NCBI RefSeq assembly: GCF_006345805.1
Contig: NC_042999.1
Coordinates: 130,696,001-130,760,000 of the forward strand
Length of the DNA stretch: 64,000 nucleotides
Origin: Octopus sinensis
Taxonomy: Eukaryota
Direction: 5' to 3'
Numbering within the stretch: the first letter of the stretch is position 1; the number at the start of each line of letters is the position of its first letter. Position numbers and translations under genes: made by a program. The notes under the pieces were generated by a model. That model was not told the origin of the DNA, made no database searches, and was given only the letters and a program-made list of their open reading frames with translations. Below, piece after piece: positions 35,173-47,897 of this stretch.

Positions 35173-36206
35173 ATGATCCATTCATCAGAGAATGGTGAGC
35201 GGTTTTTCTACTACAGAAACCGATCTCTAATAAAACAGCAAAAACGGCGTAACAATTCGGGACGATTTTCCTTTTCTCATTACAAGGAAAGAAAAGAAAC
35301 AAGCAAAACAGACATGTAGTTTAACCACATGATCTATTTGAAACAGTGTGGCTAAAAACGTGTTCACTAAATCCATCTCAGTAAGTCTCCTTTACATCTC
35401 TTGTTTATCGCCACCAAGTGCAACCTAGTACTTCACTTAATACATGTGCCAAATTAATTAATACTTGAAAATTAAGGCAGACCAGCAAAAATATATTTAC
35501 CTTGTATCTTGAGAATATGCCCTCACCACTTCTCTCCTTCAAGAAAATACTTGTTCCTGTCCTTCTAGTATACTTTAGTGGAACCTAAAATCTTGACTCT
35601 TCCTAAATAGAGCAACTGCTTCCGTCTAGTTTCCAGGTCAAATTAATAAATGCTTCATCAATGCCAAGCATACTACCCACACATTTGATTGCTTACAACT
35701 CGGTATATTACTGATATCAGTCCTACTATCAGTATATAAAAATTACGGCGAGTACCTGGACGTAGATTTCATTGTTGTTATTTCTTAAATGTATGAAGGA
35801 AGAAAATGGAAAGTGCATGAGAAAGTTACGAATATCCACTTCATTCTCTTGAGCTTTTAAGATTTCTCGTTGAATATTCTCTTAACTCTAACTCTGCCTG
35901 AAGCATCTTCATACTCGAGAGTCGTTAAAAGCTATTCAGTTACTACTTCCTTGTCACTTGCTAGGCTAAAATGCCATCTTGTTCAAGGTCATAAGTACGA
36001 TGACAAAGACGAAGTGTAACTGGTTGTTTTTCGCAAAATGCATCATTAGCTGTGTGAATCAACATTCAAAGTTTGAAAACTAAATGGATGTAAGTAGCAC
36101 ATATGATTGCCACAACTCAAGAAGGGAAAGGATTCGAAAAAGAAAAGCAATAAAAAATCATTATAATTCTAAAATTTTCATTAACAGAAATAACATTTAT
36201 CTGGAT

Positions 36207-36445
36207 TAGTGTTCCTCAACCGGGGTCCATATATGATTTTGTTGTTGAAATTTATCCTGCAATAAATCGATTATACATCTACAATGCACAAAATATTTTA
36301 ACAATTTTTTAAATGCAATTCCTATTCATATTTAATTATTGAAATATAATTCGATTTTTTAAATCATCAAATGGATAAGAGGACCCATCCGAGTAAAATA
36401 GGAATCAAAGGGGTCCATAGGTAAAAAAATGGTTGAGGAACACTA
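36207..36445. mobile_element. hAT-type MITE, 239 bp
   Basis: Perfect 15-bp TIR TAGTGTTCCTCAACC / GGTTGAGGAACACTA; TSD not cleanly recoverable. Confidence 0.8.
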
Positions 36446-37595
36446 AATTCTAGACCCTGTCGTGACATACGGGCTGTTGAAAAGCCACAGAGGATGTTGA
36501 ATTACTGAAAGTTAATACTTGCTGTCTTAATTATCTATGATTATTAGGGTGTTACATTTTATACACTGTTCAGTTTAATATCAACCACCTGGTCCTGGGG
36601 TGCCTTCATCGCAGTTTATTCGATTGCAGATAATGAAAATAGCCATCTGTCTCCTTGTTTACATATTTCAGTCTTAAACGTCTGTCAGTGCAGGCATTGA
36701 CAGATGTTTCAAATTAAGTATCAGTCTCACCAGTTTGGAAGGATTTGTAAAGATCATATGGACTGACCTTCCGCTTCTGTATAACTTATTGAAAAAAAAA
36801 AAAACAACTAATAAAAATAATTGTTACTTTCATAAAGTTAATAGGTCAGTTATGGTAACGGTTTAAAACAAAACAAAATCAATGATTTTGAGGTTTTAAT
36901 TCTCAATAAACGTAACATTTTATAATTGTAAAATCTCTCGATATTTTCTTGTGTCTTATTCATTTTATTTGTTCAGTGAATAAGTTCAGTTGAAGGAAAT
37001 GAAATGTTTTCTTCAGTTTCCAGTCATCATACGCCATAAAGATGTGTTCAGAAAACTGCTGCTGTGGTTGCTATTGTTACTGTAGGGTTTTGTGGGTTCG
37101 TGAGGTAAAACTGCTGACTATGTAAATTCTTCTCCAATATTGTCGTTGTTAATTCAAGAACCAGTCTAGACGTTTAAATATAGTTACCGTTTTTTCATCA
37201 ATAACCAATATACTTGATACACAAACAGTAGTCCGACAGTTACAGCAGCAACAGCAGTAGTTTTTCAGAATTTATGCTTGATCATTGGAGTGGTAAAACT
37301 TCTAACACTGGCACTGAGCCACACTTTTGGGAGGAGGGGTTATTCAATTTGAATCAATTCCAGTACTTGATGAGTAAATTTTTGTTTTTTATTTTATCGA
37401 TCTCGGAAAGATGAAAGGCAGAATTAATTTCGGTGGTATTTGAACTCAACGAAAAAAGCTGGAAAAACTACTGCAAGGCTTTTTGTCCACCTGTATAAAG
37501 ATTCTGCAAGATAGCCTTTTACAGCGGTTGGTAACTAGAAACTGAAGAAAAATTTCATCCATCTTCGTAATATTACTTTGAGAAATCATGAACAT

Positions 37596-37765
37596 TGTGG
37601 CTGCGTGGTAAGAAGCTTGCTTCCCAACCACATGGTTCCGGGTTCAGTCCTACTGCGTGGGCTGTGGTACTACTATAACCTCTGGCCGACCAAAGCCTTG
37701 TGAGTAGATTTGGTAGACGGAAACTAAAAGAAGCCCGTCGTATAATATATATATTATATATATAT

Positions 37766-37806
<41 letters not shown>

Positions 37807-38003
37807 CTTTGTGTCTGTGTTTGTCCCCACTACTGCTTGACAATCGGTATTGGTGTGTTTATGTCTCCGTAATTTAGCGGTTCGGCAAAAGAGATCGAGA
37901 GAATAAGTACCAGGTTTTTAAAAAAGGACTGGGATTGATTGATTCGACTAAAAAATTCTTCAAAGCGATATCCAGCATGGCCATAGTTTAATGACTGAAA
38001 CAA
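37596..38003 (+). mobile_element. SINE family B, near full length
   Basis: GTGGCTGCGTGGTAAGAAGCTTGCTTCCCAACCACATGGTTCCGGGTTCAGTCC..AATGACTGAAACAA. Confidence 0.88.
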
Positions 38004-38364
38004 TGAAGCCGTCTACTATGTAATTGATATATCATTGCTGTTGACATATTCCGGCATGCCGAGTTCATGACCTAAATTCGATTCTTGATGGTCGAAGCCC
38101 TCTCTGTTCATTTATGGTGCATTCGGAAATATTTCTGCCCAAGAAAAATTTCGATCTGTTTTTCTTTTTTCTCTCTCAAAGCTTTCTTTTTGTCACTCCA
38201 AATCTGTTGCCTACTTTAAGACCACTACTTCACACTTAAGTAGAGCCTACTATGTTGTAAGCATTCGGGTCAGGTCTCCGGTTGGTGGATAACTCTATGG
38301 TTTCTAAAGAGTCCCTCCCTAAAAATGGACACGGCCACTGTCCTTTCCCTCTGTCTAATAATGA

Positions 38365-38499
38365 TAATAATCCTTTCTTCTATAGGCACAAGGCCTGAAA
38401 TTGAGGGGAGGGGATAGTCAATTACATCGACTCAGCTGGTACTTAATTTATCGACCCCGAATGAATGAAAGGCAAAGTCGACCTCGGCGGAATTTGAAC

Positions 38500-38500
<1 letters not shown>
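38365..38500 (-). mobile_element. SINE family A, 5'-truncated, abutting (AAT)n
   Basis: AATAATCCTTTCTTCTATAGGCACAAGGCC..GAAAGGCAAAGTCGACCTCGGCGGAATTTGAACT. Confidence 0.82.
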
Positions 38501-38531
<31 letters not shown>

Positions 38532-39149
38532 TGACTTTTAAGCTAACTCCTGCGGAGGGCTAATTGGGCCTACGGCCCAAAACTAGCGAGAGCTAGATAG
38601 CATGACTATAATACGTTTATAATGACTATATACCACGATTGTATTTGATTAGAGGTTAAGGAAGGATGAGAATTAATTCTGTAATGCAATCATTCTAGTG
38701 TTCCAGTACCAAGTTGAATTCCAACTGTTGCCAATTTGTCCCAAAGTTTTTATCTCGACGTAAAATTAACGAATCCAATACCATTTATCTCCCCCTTGAT
38801 CTTTGACGTCATCTGACAAACGCCAACCAAGATGGCGTGAATCAGCCAAGCTTTACCTGCTAGAAATAGCAACCCAAATGCCTTTAAATCAGATCCCAAT
38901 GCTGGTTGTTCAAGAACCAAATGATTTTTAATCCGGAGATCATCCTGATTTCAAAAAAGGTATGTCTACGTAGATTTCAAAGAGGTATAATATGTCTATA
39001 TAAAGCGAATATAGACTGAGGTCCTGTGTCCCAGACGGACAGACAGAATTTCCCTTTTATTATTATATATGTTATAATTACTAAGACAAAAAAAATACGA
39101 CAGTTAAGCATATAAAGAATCACTAACAGAAATACGCATATGCATAATT

Positions 39150-39470
39150 TTGTTATTATATTGATTCGAGAACAAGAGCTGCTTGCTCTTCTGCTTCATC
39201 TTGGCGCCTTTGTGTTGCTCTCTCTTTGGATATCTCTCCTTTGTACAATTAGGTGCTCCGTTTCATTTTGACGTCTTCGAGCCTGTCTTCTTGCGTTCTG
39301 CGCTCGTCTCTCTTGTCTCACTTCTTGTGATTGATTTAATAACCTTAATGTATTATTTAATCTTCTTGCGTCCAGTTCTTCCTGAGTGAGACTGGCTGTT
39401 CTTCGTCTTTGTCTCTCTCTGGCTAACCGTCGCCTTCTGTCTGATCCATTCTCCAAAGTAGGTGGATGAG
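39150..39470 (-). pseudogene. R/E/Q-rich coding remnant, probably the N-terminal repeat region of a Helitron RepHel protein
   Basis: SDRRRRLARERQRRRTASLTQEELDARRL..QERRAQNARRQARRRQNETE.. then, after a frameshift, RQDEAEEQAA. The assignment rests on composition and periodicity only. Confidence 0.5.
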
Positions 39471-40110
39471 TATATTTAATGCAACAGAACATAAACTTCA
39501 AAACAAATGAGTATGTATGTGTATGTGTGTGCGTGTGTGTGTATGTTAGTTTGTTTATATTTCTATACGTAACCATACAAAGTCCAAAATTACTCAGGAT
39601 TACTACATTAACGGCATACACAGAGAGACTTATTTTTTTCTTCCAGCAACGTCTACACGTTCTCTATCTCTGTTTTTTGTCTGTCTCTCTCTTTCTCACA
39701 CACTCTTTACCGCCTGAAATGGGAAAAGATCTTGGTGACAAACTTCACCGCCTTGGCAAAATTCTTCATTCATAAATATTTACAAACATCACTGCAGGGA
39801 CAAGTATTTGTAAATATTTATAATTACCTTCCTTTTATATTTAACTTTCTTTAAACAGACAATATTATCAAGCTTTCGTTCAATAGACAATATTTTCATT
39901 TTATAACTTGAAAATTACTATTTATTTACTTATCTTATATTCTATTAACTTTGCAACTTTTTAAGCAGAAAAATCTTTCAGAACAAGCATCCACAGAGAT
40001 ACTGAGAAAATAATTTTGAGGTGCAAAAATCTTATTTACTTATCTTATATATTGTTATTAATGTTTACCAGAAAAAAAATCAGCATTCATCGAATAAAAA
40101 TGAAAATGTT

Positions 40111-40198
<88 letters not shown>

Positions 40199-40314
40199 GG
40201 ACGGACAGAGGGAGGGAGAGACAGACAGACAGAAATAGAGAGAGAGAGTGAGTGAAAGATAGAGAGAGTGTGTGTGTGCATCTGTAGATTATATATATAT
40301 ATATATATATATAT

Positions 40315-40345
<31 letters not shown>

Positions 40346-41494
40346 TAGATAGATAGATAGATAGATAGATAGGGGGGGAGAGAGTGAGAGAGAGAGAGAG
40401 TGAGAGAGAAAGAGAGAGAGAGAAAGGCAGCGTTCATCAATTAAGTGTTTGATGCTACTTCCTCTCTCATTGTTATTACCATTTTGTCTCTTCCTTTTTT
40501 TACTCTTACTGACACTGCTAGTTCTTTATTGCGTGATTTTAGACAAACTTACAAACAAGCTCATAATTATAATAGATGTCATACCTCTGTTGCTGATAGT
40601 GTAAATTACAAGTTTGGAATTCTCCATATCTCACAGCAACCGAACTTGATAAAGTTTATGAACTACACTGAACAAATTTTTATGGAAGATGACTACCTCT
40701 GGTCACTTTGAATTGTAGGGTTTTAGTACAATGACCGTTTTACTATATTTTCAAGAAACCATTCGGAAGAGGCGTCTGCCTTCATGAGTGATGACAACCA
40801 CAATTCCGTTTGCAATTAATGAGGCAGTAAGTATTAACAACACCCCCACTTCTTTATATCCGGATCTTTCACTACGGATGTAATTGTCGTGACCTTTGCC
40901 TATTTCCTTCAAAGAAATCATGTTTTGAAATCACATACTGCCTAAAAATTCATATTACTAATATGTATATTTAATCATTGATGTGCTTCACACATATTCA
41001 CATGATTTCTTGTGTCCAGACATATACAGACATACAAATACATATACAAAATGTGGCTGAATCGATTGATGAATAACCGGTTATTAATACCTCTATTTAG
41101 ACCTGTGTGTATGTGTACGTGTGTGTGTGTGTATGTGTGTGTGTGTGTGTGTGCGCGCGCAAGATGACATGTATAGACATGGTGATTAAGCATCGCAATT
41201 ATTCTTTGTATAAATCGAATTCAATTTAAGATTGACTCGATTACGAATCAATTTTCCATTGAGCTTCCTATAACTATGTCCCGACAGATTAGTAAGCAAG
41301 CATCAGCTTTATGTCCTCTTGCACTACTCAACACAATGGGTTCCATTAATAAGCAAAGTGGAGGGGGGAATATTATCAATGTGTCTAAACAATGAATACT
41401 AAAGCTCCAGTTAATTTTGTAGCCATCGGTAGTTTTATGTATGTATGTATGTATGTATGTATGTATGTATGTATGTATGTATGTATATATATAT

Positions 41495-41550
<56 letters not shown>

Positions 41551-41592
41551 TATATAAGATGCACCTAAAAACTGAAAACAATATATATAAAT

Positions 41593-42743
41593 CGAGGTGT
41601 AGTAAAAAAGTACCCGACTTTGGGCCAAAAAAACAATATTAAAAAACTCACTTTTTTTTATTTAGTCTCCTTCAAAGTATTCGCCTTGGGAGTCTACACT
41701 AGTGCTTCTCAAACTATCTGAGGTGGCGTACCGGGCAGTTTTTTTCCCCCAATGTGCCAGGGACAGGTCATATTTCTTAATAATATTATTTTATACTGGA
41801 AATAATATGTATAATGAATATAATAAAAGTCAACAATTTTTTTATCTTATATTTATTTTGTAAACAAATAATATACTATTACATAAGCATTTTATAATGT
41901 TTCTTTTCTGGAAACTTGCCGCGTACCGGTAGCTGATTGCTTGTGAACTGGCACCGGTCTGCGGACCACCACTTTCAGTAGTACTGGTCTACACACTTCT
42001 GCCAACGTTCCTGTCACTGCTGGAAACATTTCTAGAAACCACTTTTTGGGATGCTGTAGAGCTGTACCGTCGAATTTTTCTTAATGTCCTCTGTTGACTC
42101 AAATCTTCTCCCTTTGAGTGATATTTTTTTGAGCTTTGGGAATAGCCAAAAGCCACACGGAACCAAGTCTGGGGAGTAGAAAGTCTGACGAACAAGTGGT
42201 GGGTTTTTTCTTGACGAGGAATGCTGAGACTACGTGAGCGGAATGAACTGACTGAACTGACCCATGGCTGACTCCAGCTTCGGCAACAATCTCTTCAATA
42301 GTCACACACGGTATTTATAGACTATTCCTCGAACTTTTGCAATCATTTCTGCTAGTCGATGGTCTACTAGTTTCTGCTTGTCGATGGTCTGCCACAAGGT
42401 GGCTCACTGTCCATTGAGGTGCGGCCATCTTTGCACCGGCTGTACCACTCCTCTATTTGTGTTTTTCCCATAGCATCATCTCCAAAGGCCTTCTCGATAG
42501 TCCGGACTTGCGTATTACCAAGTTTTTGGCAGAATTTGATACAGTATCTTTGCTTAATGCACTCGGTCATCTTGACTCAAAAAGAAAAATCACACACTTC
42601 ACGTCTGTACTCAACGCGTCACTGCAGGCGAATGGTGCAACCTCCCGACATGAAAAGTTTTGCGCATGCCCAGGAAGGACGCAACCGCCTAATACCAATG
42701 CAGATTTTGCTCATCAAGGTCGGATACTTTTTGACTACACCTC
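41593..42743 (-). mobile_element. mariner element, internally deleted, degenerate transposase
   Basis: TIRs CGAGGTGTAGTAAAAAAGTACCCGAC / GTCGGATACTTTTTGACTACACCTC. QRYCIKFCQKLG..AFGDDAMGKTQIEEWYSRCKDGRTS..GRPSTS (HTH) plus a C-terminal remnant. Confidence 0.9.
41700..41986. mobile_element. hAT (Charlie-like) MITE nested in the mariner
   Basis: TAGTGCTTCTCAAACT / ACTTTCAGTAGTACTG ends; perfect 8-bp TSD GTCTACAC at 41692-41699 and 41987-41994. Confidence 0.85.
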
Positions 42744-42761
42744 TATATGTGTGTGTGTGTG

Positions 42762-42811
<50 letters not shown>

Positions 42812-42816
42812 CAAAT

Positions 42817-42880
42817 CCCTGTAGCGCAAAGGATAACACGCTGGACGTATACTCCAGAGATCGTAGATTCAAACCACCAC
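42817..42880 (+). other. Degenerate tRNA-like sequence (pseudogene or SINE head)
   Basis: TAGCGCAAAGGATAA (A-box-like), CTGGA-7 nt-TCCAG stem-loop, GATTCAAACC (B-box-like); no acceptor stem. Confidence 0.35.
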
Positions 42881-43027
42881 TCTAGATGAGATGTAATACT
42901 TTTAGAAGTATTCTCATGACATTCAGTTGTCCCTCGAGTGAATACTCGTTTTTTCTTGTTTATTGGAGATCGGTTATTTTAATAAGTGGTGTGTAAAAAC
43001 ATTCATTATGACAACTTTTTATATAGC

Positions 43028-43984
43028 CGCAGGCGTGGCTGTTTGATAAGAAGTTGGCTTCCTAACCTCATGATTCCTGGTTTAGTCCTACTGTGTGGCA
43101 CCTTGGGCATGTGTCTTCTGATTTTCTATGCTTTCGGACTAACCAAAGCTTTGTAAGTGGATTTGGTAAACAGTAACTGGAGGAGGCCCGTCGTATGTAT
43201 GCATATATATGTAACGGCTGAAGATTAGTTTGTATCGGTTGAAATTGTTTTGTAACGGCAAGCTGTAAGGAGTGAAAGATGAACAACGCATGAAGTTTTA
43301 AGGAAATATTCATTTTTACCCGTTACATTATACAATACCTTACCTCGATGAGCAAGTGATAAAATCGTAAAGCATGCGAAGTAAAGATAGATATAGATTT
43401 TCCTTGCAAAGTTTGTGTTTGTGTTCTTGTCATTGTTTAGTAGTAATTACAGAGAGATAGAATGATGTTGTAAGAGAACAGAATTAGAGCTAGTGAGAAT
43501 GAAAAAGTGTGGGACGCTGTTTTTCTTTTTCCCTCTGGCCGTTTGTCTGCCTGCTTCCATGATTCTAGTGGTCGGTTCACTAACTGATGTTAGCTCTCTC
43601 TCTCGACTCAAGTATTGTCACCAAAGTGACTGACTGGTTGAGTTGTCACCAAGTGACCACTGGTTGAGTCATCACCAAGTAACCACTGATTTTTGCTTGG
43701 GGGTTCTTGCTTTTATAACTATCCAGAAGGATAGACATATGCGTGAGAAAAATGGATTTAGTTGATGGACTTATCTTAATCCTAACTTTTTGTGGTTTAG
43801 AAGAGGTTAGAAAGGGTCAAGTGGTGAGACATTATTTCGGCCTAGCTAAGGCATCTGGAAAATGTAAAACTGTTGTCAAAGAAAAAAAAACATTGTTCCA
43901 CCGTGAGAAATGTTCTGTTGAATTGTTAAATTTAAATTTGGCTATGGTGGATCGAATCCACTTCATACTTGGAAGATTCGCTAC

Positions 43985-44047
<63 letters not shown>

Positions 44048-44054
44048 TATATAT

Positions 44055-44119
<65 letters not shown>

Positions 44120-44140
44120 TATGTGTTGTGTATATGTATG

Positions 44141-44194
<54 letters not shown>

Positions 44195-44392
44195 GTATAT
44201 ACCTGTTTGTGTTTGTCCCTCTCCTACTGATTGATGCGTTTACGTCCCCGTAACTTAGCGGTTCGGCTTAAGAGTCCGATATAATGAGTACCAGGCTAAA
44301 AAGAAATAATAAGTACTGGAGTCGATTAGCTTGATCAAAATTCTTTTAGGCGGTGGCCCAGCATGGCCACAATCTAATAACTGAAACAAATG

Positions 44393-44395
<3 letters not shown>
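43028..44395 (+). mobile_element. SINE family B split by an LTR insertion
   Basis: 5' half at 43028-43200 (GGCGTGGCTG..GGCACCTTGGGC..GCCCGTCGTAT); 3' half at 44205-44395 (CGTCCCCGTAACTTAGCGGTTCGG..CAGCATGGCC..ACTGAAACAA). Confidence 0.82.
43210..43985 (-). mobile_element. Solo LTR (~776 bp)
   Basis: TGTAACGG..GATTCGCTACA, colinear with 11499-12268. TATA on both sides (uninformative TSD); no PBS or PPT adjacent. Confidence 0.78.
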
Positions 44396-44438
<43 letters not shown>

Positions 44439-44919
44439 GAAACCACGGGATCTATAGGCCACCACCTATAACATATATACACATGTATATGTCTGTACAC
44501 ATATATGTTGCATACATTTAATCGGTAGAAGTGCAGAAGTTACAAACTGACTGGACAGCCGAGAGTTTCGTACATTGGTACTTAGTTCCTGTTTGTATCA
44601 CCAAACCGACATTCATATGTACTTATAAATATGAGCGTGGGAACAATGATATATAACTAGCAAACCATTAGTTGAATACTTAATCCAATGTTAGTTCTTA
44701 AGTATGATCTTAGTATTATTGGAGATACTTGAAATACTGGAGAGCCAGATGAGTAGCTATTATTTTGATCTAAATAAAAAGAGAGCCTCTCACTACTTTT
44801 TCCCCTCTTGAAGGCCACATTCATAAATGCATACATGAAAATGCACACGCGCATGACTATTTAACTGGCTTTAGTCAATGGATTATAGAATGTTGGGGCA
44901 ACGTACATTTTGAAAACAT

Positions 44920-45125
44920 CTCACAGAGTGACGACCGTGATCTGAATAGTTACGAGCTGTCCATTGGCAAGGCATAGCACCCGTTCAGCCATCCAGGATA
45001 TGGCGAAGTCACGGGACTGCGGCATGGTGGATTGTGAAGAGGTGGCGGAAGAGCTCAGCCCAACCAACAATGCTTGTTGCATTGATGCCAAGCGGAGGAA
45101 GCCGAGGTCATCGATCAGGATCCCC
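44920..45125 (-). mobile_element. Possible RTE-X-like LINE 3' end
   Basis: GC-rich island; the minus strand with frameshifts gives IDDLGFLRL(G)INATSI..LFRHL..PQS, resembling I.DL.W.RLG...FR.LL..LPP. Confidence 0.35.
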
Positions 45126-45199
45126 AAGCTCTATTAAGAGAATAACGGTAATGCACCCGTAGGGGCGGCACTCATGGTTGCGTAATCAGCTAACGAAAG

Positions 45200-45546
45200 A
45201 TGGTTCCGGGTTCAGTCCCACTGCGTGGCACCTTAGGCAAGTGTCTTCTACTCTAGCCCCGGGCCGACCAAAACCTTGTGAATGGACTTGGTAGACGGAA
45301 AATGACAGAAGCTCGTCGTATGTGAGTGGGAGCGTGTACGCATGTGTGTCTTGGTGTTTGTTCTCACTACCACTTGACAACCGGTGTTGGTTTGTTTACA
45401 TTCCCGTAACTTAGCAGTTCGGCAAAAAATCACGATAGAATAAGTACCAAGTTTTACTGAGGTCGATCTGGTCAATAAAAATTCTTCCAGTGAGATACCC
45501 CAGCATAGCCGTTGTCTTATGACCGAAACGAGTAAAAGATAAAAGA
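45200..45546 (+). mobile_element. SINE family B
   Basis: ATGGTTCCGGGTTCAGTCCCACTGCGTGGCACCTTAGGCAAGTGTCTTCTAC..GACCGAAACGAGTAAAAGATAAAAGA. Confidence 0.85.
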
Positions 45547-45681
45547 CACACACATATATATATATTAATACAAGGTGATGGAATGAATAGACTTTATTCC
45601 AAATCTCTAAATCACAACAGTTGTTTCTGTGCATCAGAGTTAGCTGGTGAATGTTGAACGTTACACATATACAAATAATTG

Positions 45682-45760
45682 TATTGGGTTGTCCGGAAAG
45701 TTCGTGCCGATTTATAGTAGCTTATCTTTCGACTTATTTTAGAACATGGTTGAGTCCATA
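45682..45760 (+). mobile_element. mariner-type TIR fragment
   Basis: TA+TTGGGTTGTCCGGAAAGTTCGTGCCGATTT; no partner end seen. Confidence 0.4.
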
Positions 45761-45779
45761 AAATAGGATTTGACTACAC

Positions 45780-45975
45780 GCGCGCGAGCAGGCAGAACCG
45801 TTAAACACGCCGGGCAAAATACTTCATGGCATTTCGTCTGTCTGTGTGTTTTGAGCTCAAATTTCGCCGAGGTCGATTTTGCCTCTCATCCTTTCGGGAA
45901 CACTGGAGTCGATGGAGACACTGGCGACTTACCTCATATCCCGAATTTGGTGGCCTTGTGCTATAATTCGAAACC
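45780..45975 (+). mobile_element. SINE family A, diverged
   Basis: GCGAGCAGGCAGAACCGTTAAACACGCCGGGC..CGCCGAGGTCGATTTTGCCTCTCATCCTTTCGGG. Confidence 0.78.
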
Positions 45976-46111
45976 AATATTATGTGTGCGTGTGTATGAA
46001 TTTTTTGTTTGTTCTTTTGTCGTGCTACTGTCTAACTTTTGAAACACACACACACATATATATCATGCCGGACAAAATGTTTAGCAGCATTTCGTCCGTC
46101 TCTAGGTTTTG

Positions 46112-46264
46112 GCGCAGGTGTGGCTGTGTTGTAAGAAGCTTGCTTCTCAACCACATCGTTCCGAGTTCAGTCCCACTGGACAAGTGTCTTCTACTATAAA
46201 CTCGGGCCGACCAAAAGCCTCGTGGGTGGATTTGATAGACGGAAACTGAAAGAAGCCCGTCGTA

Positions 46265-46310
<46 letters not shown>

Positions 46311-46522
46311 TTTGTATGCGTGTCTGCCCACCCCATCATCACTTGACAACCGATGTTGGTGTGTTTACGTCCCTGTAACATAGCTGTTCGACAAAAGAGA
46401 CCGACAGATTAAGTACTAGGCTTAGAAAGAATAAGTCCTAGGATTGATTTCTTAAACTAAATGCGGCGCTCCAGCAAGGCCGCAGTCATATGACTGAAAA
46501 AAAAAGTAAAAGAATAAAAGAA
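46112..46522 (+). mobile_element. SINE family B, full length
   Basis: GCAGGTGTGGCTGTGTTGTAAGAAGCTTGC..GAAGCCCGTCGTAT..GGCCGCAGTCATATGACTGAAA..TAAAAGAA. Confidence 0.87.
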
Positions 46523-47458
46523 TATATATAAGATAAATTTAACCACGCACCAACTGAAGCATCTAAGTGAATATTTTTCTTCAGTTGCATTACAATAAAC
46601 ACTTGTTGCTTGGAGAATAAAGCCAAAACAAAACAAAACGCTAGCTTTACTAAATACTTCGAAATATATGTCGATCTTAGAAAATAAATGTTACGAAGCG
46701 ATATAATCTTCTTGACTGACATTTTTATCAACATTTGTGCTAAAGTACAGCAAAGTTCAGTTCTAAGCGTTTGTCTCTGCCGATAACATACAAGATGTTT
46801 AGTATTTGGTGAAGTAAAATTTCTGTTTACATTATGTTTCGCTGGAACACTATTTGTTCAAACTAAATTTAACGTTAAACGTATTTCAAGAATTGCTTCT
46901 TTTTTATTTAGTTATTCATTTTATTTTATTTTGCTCCGAACATTTTCTAAAACAACTCTCAGTGATGTATATTTATTAATTTCTGTGAAATATTCACATT
47001 TTGTTTATTTTGAAGGGTTTTTTCTTCTTCTTTATTTGATCATTTGAATTTGTTTAGTCTTAAAAACTATGTTTAAATTGCAATGGACGTCTGAAATTCT
47101 AATTCCTTTCTTCTTGCTGCAAATATGTGGGCACAATGCTCAAATAAGAATACTATTTGTTACGCTAACGATCTAAGTGAATGGCTAGCTTCCGAAATGC
47201 AGAATTGGCCGAGTCAATTTCCATTCCTGATTAACCGTTTACTTTCACTGATTCCTTTAATGCATTTGGGAGAGATACTACCATTTCAAACTTACCTTGT
47301 AAAACACGGTCCATTGTGTGAGGATTATGAAGCCAATATATATATATATACACATGTCAATGCATGTTGTAGAAAATATCGATAAAGGTCGAAATGGCAT
47401 GATACTCAAGTTGCGAGACAAAGTTCCAGTTTTAATTAAAAAAAAGAAAAACTGTGTG

Positions 47459-47519
<61 letters not shown>

Positions 47520-47705
47520 GTGTGTGTGTGTATTTGTGTTTTGTGATCTATTATTAAAACCTGATATCCTCCACCATCCTGCTGAAGGATAACATGTGGT
47601 AGCCAAATAACGACATGAGAGCCCTTAAATGCACGTTATGCGGTTTTCACCCGAATTATACTAAATCTCTCTCTTTCTCTCTCTCATATATACATACATA
47701 AATAC

Positions 47706-47750
<45 letters not shown>

Positions 47751-47897
47751 GTGAAATAGAAAGATGAATAATCTTGTAGTAGATTAATCAAAAGTTTAAC
47801 CGCACCTTAGTAGCAAAAATCACAGCAGTAAACAGCACGGTGGAGGTACAACCATATGGTGTTGCAACCGTGCGTTGGTGCGGATAATTGAAATTAA

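Noticed and set aside
39772-39821. 15-bp perfect inverted repeat with 20-nt spacer
   Set aside because: The arms are almost pure A/T and partly self-palindromic; likely chance or an element sub-terminus.
44555-44590. Hammerhead-like GTAC-CAAT-GTAC-GAAA on the minus strand
   Set aside because: No CUGANGA box upstream of the stem.
47285-47340. Strong minus-strand donor AAG|GTAAGT at 47296
   Set aside because: No acceptor or open frame upstream without crossing a TA microsatellite.
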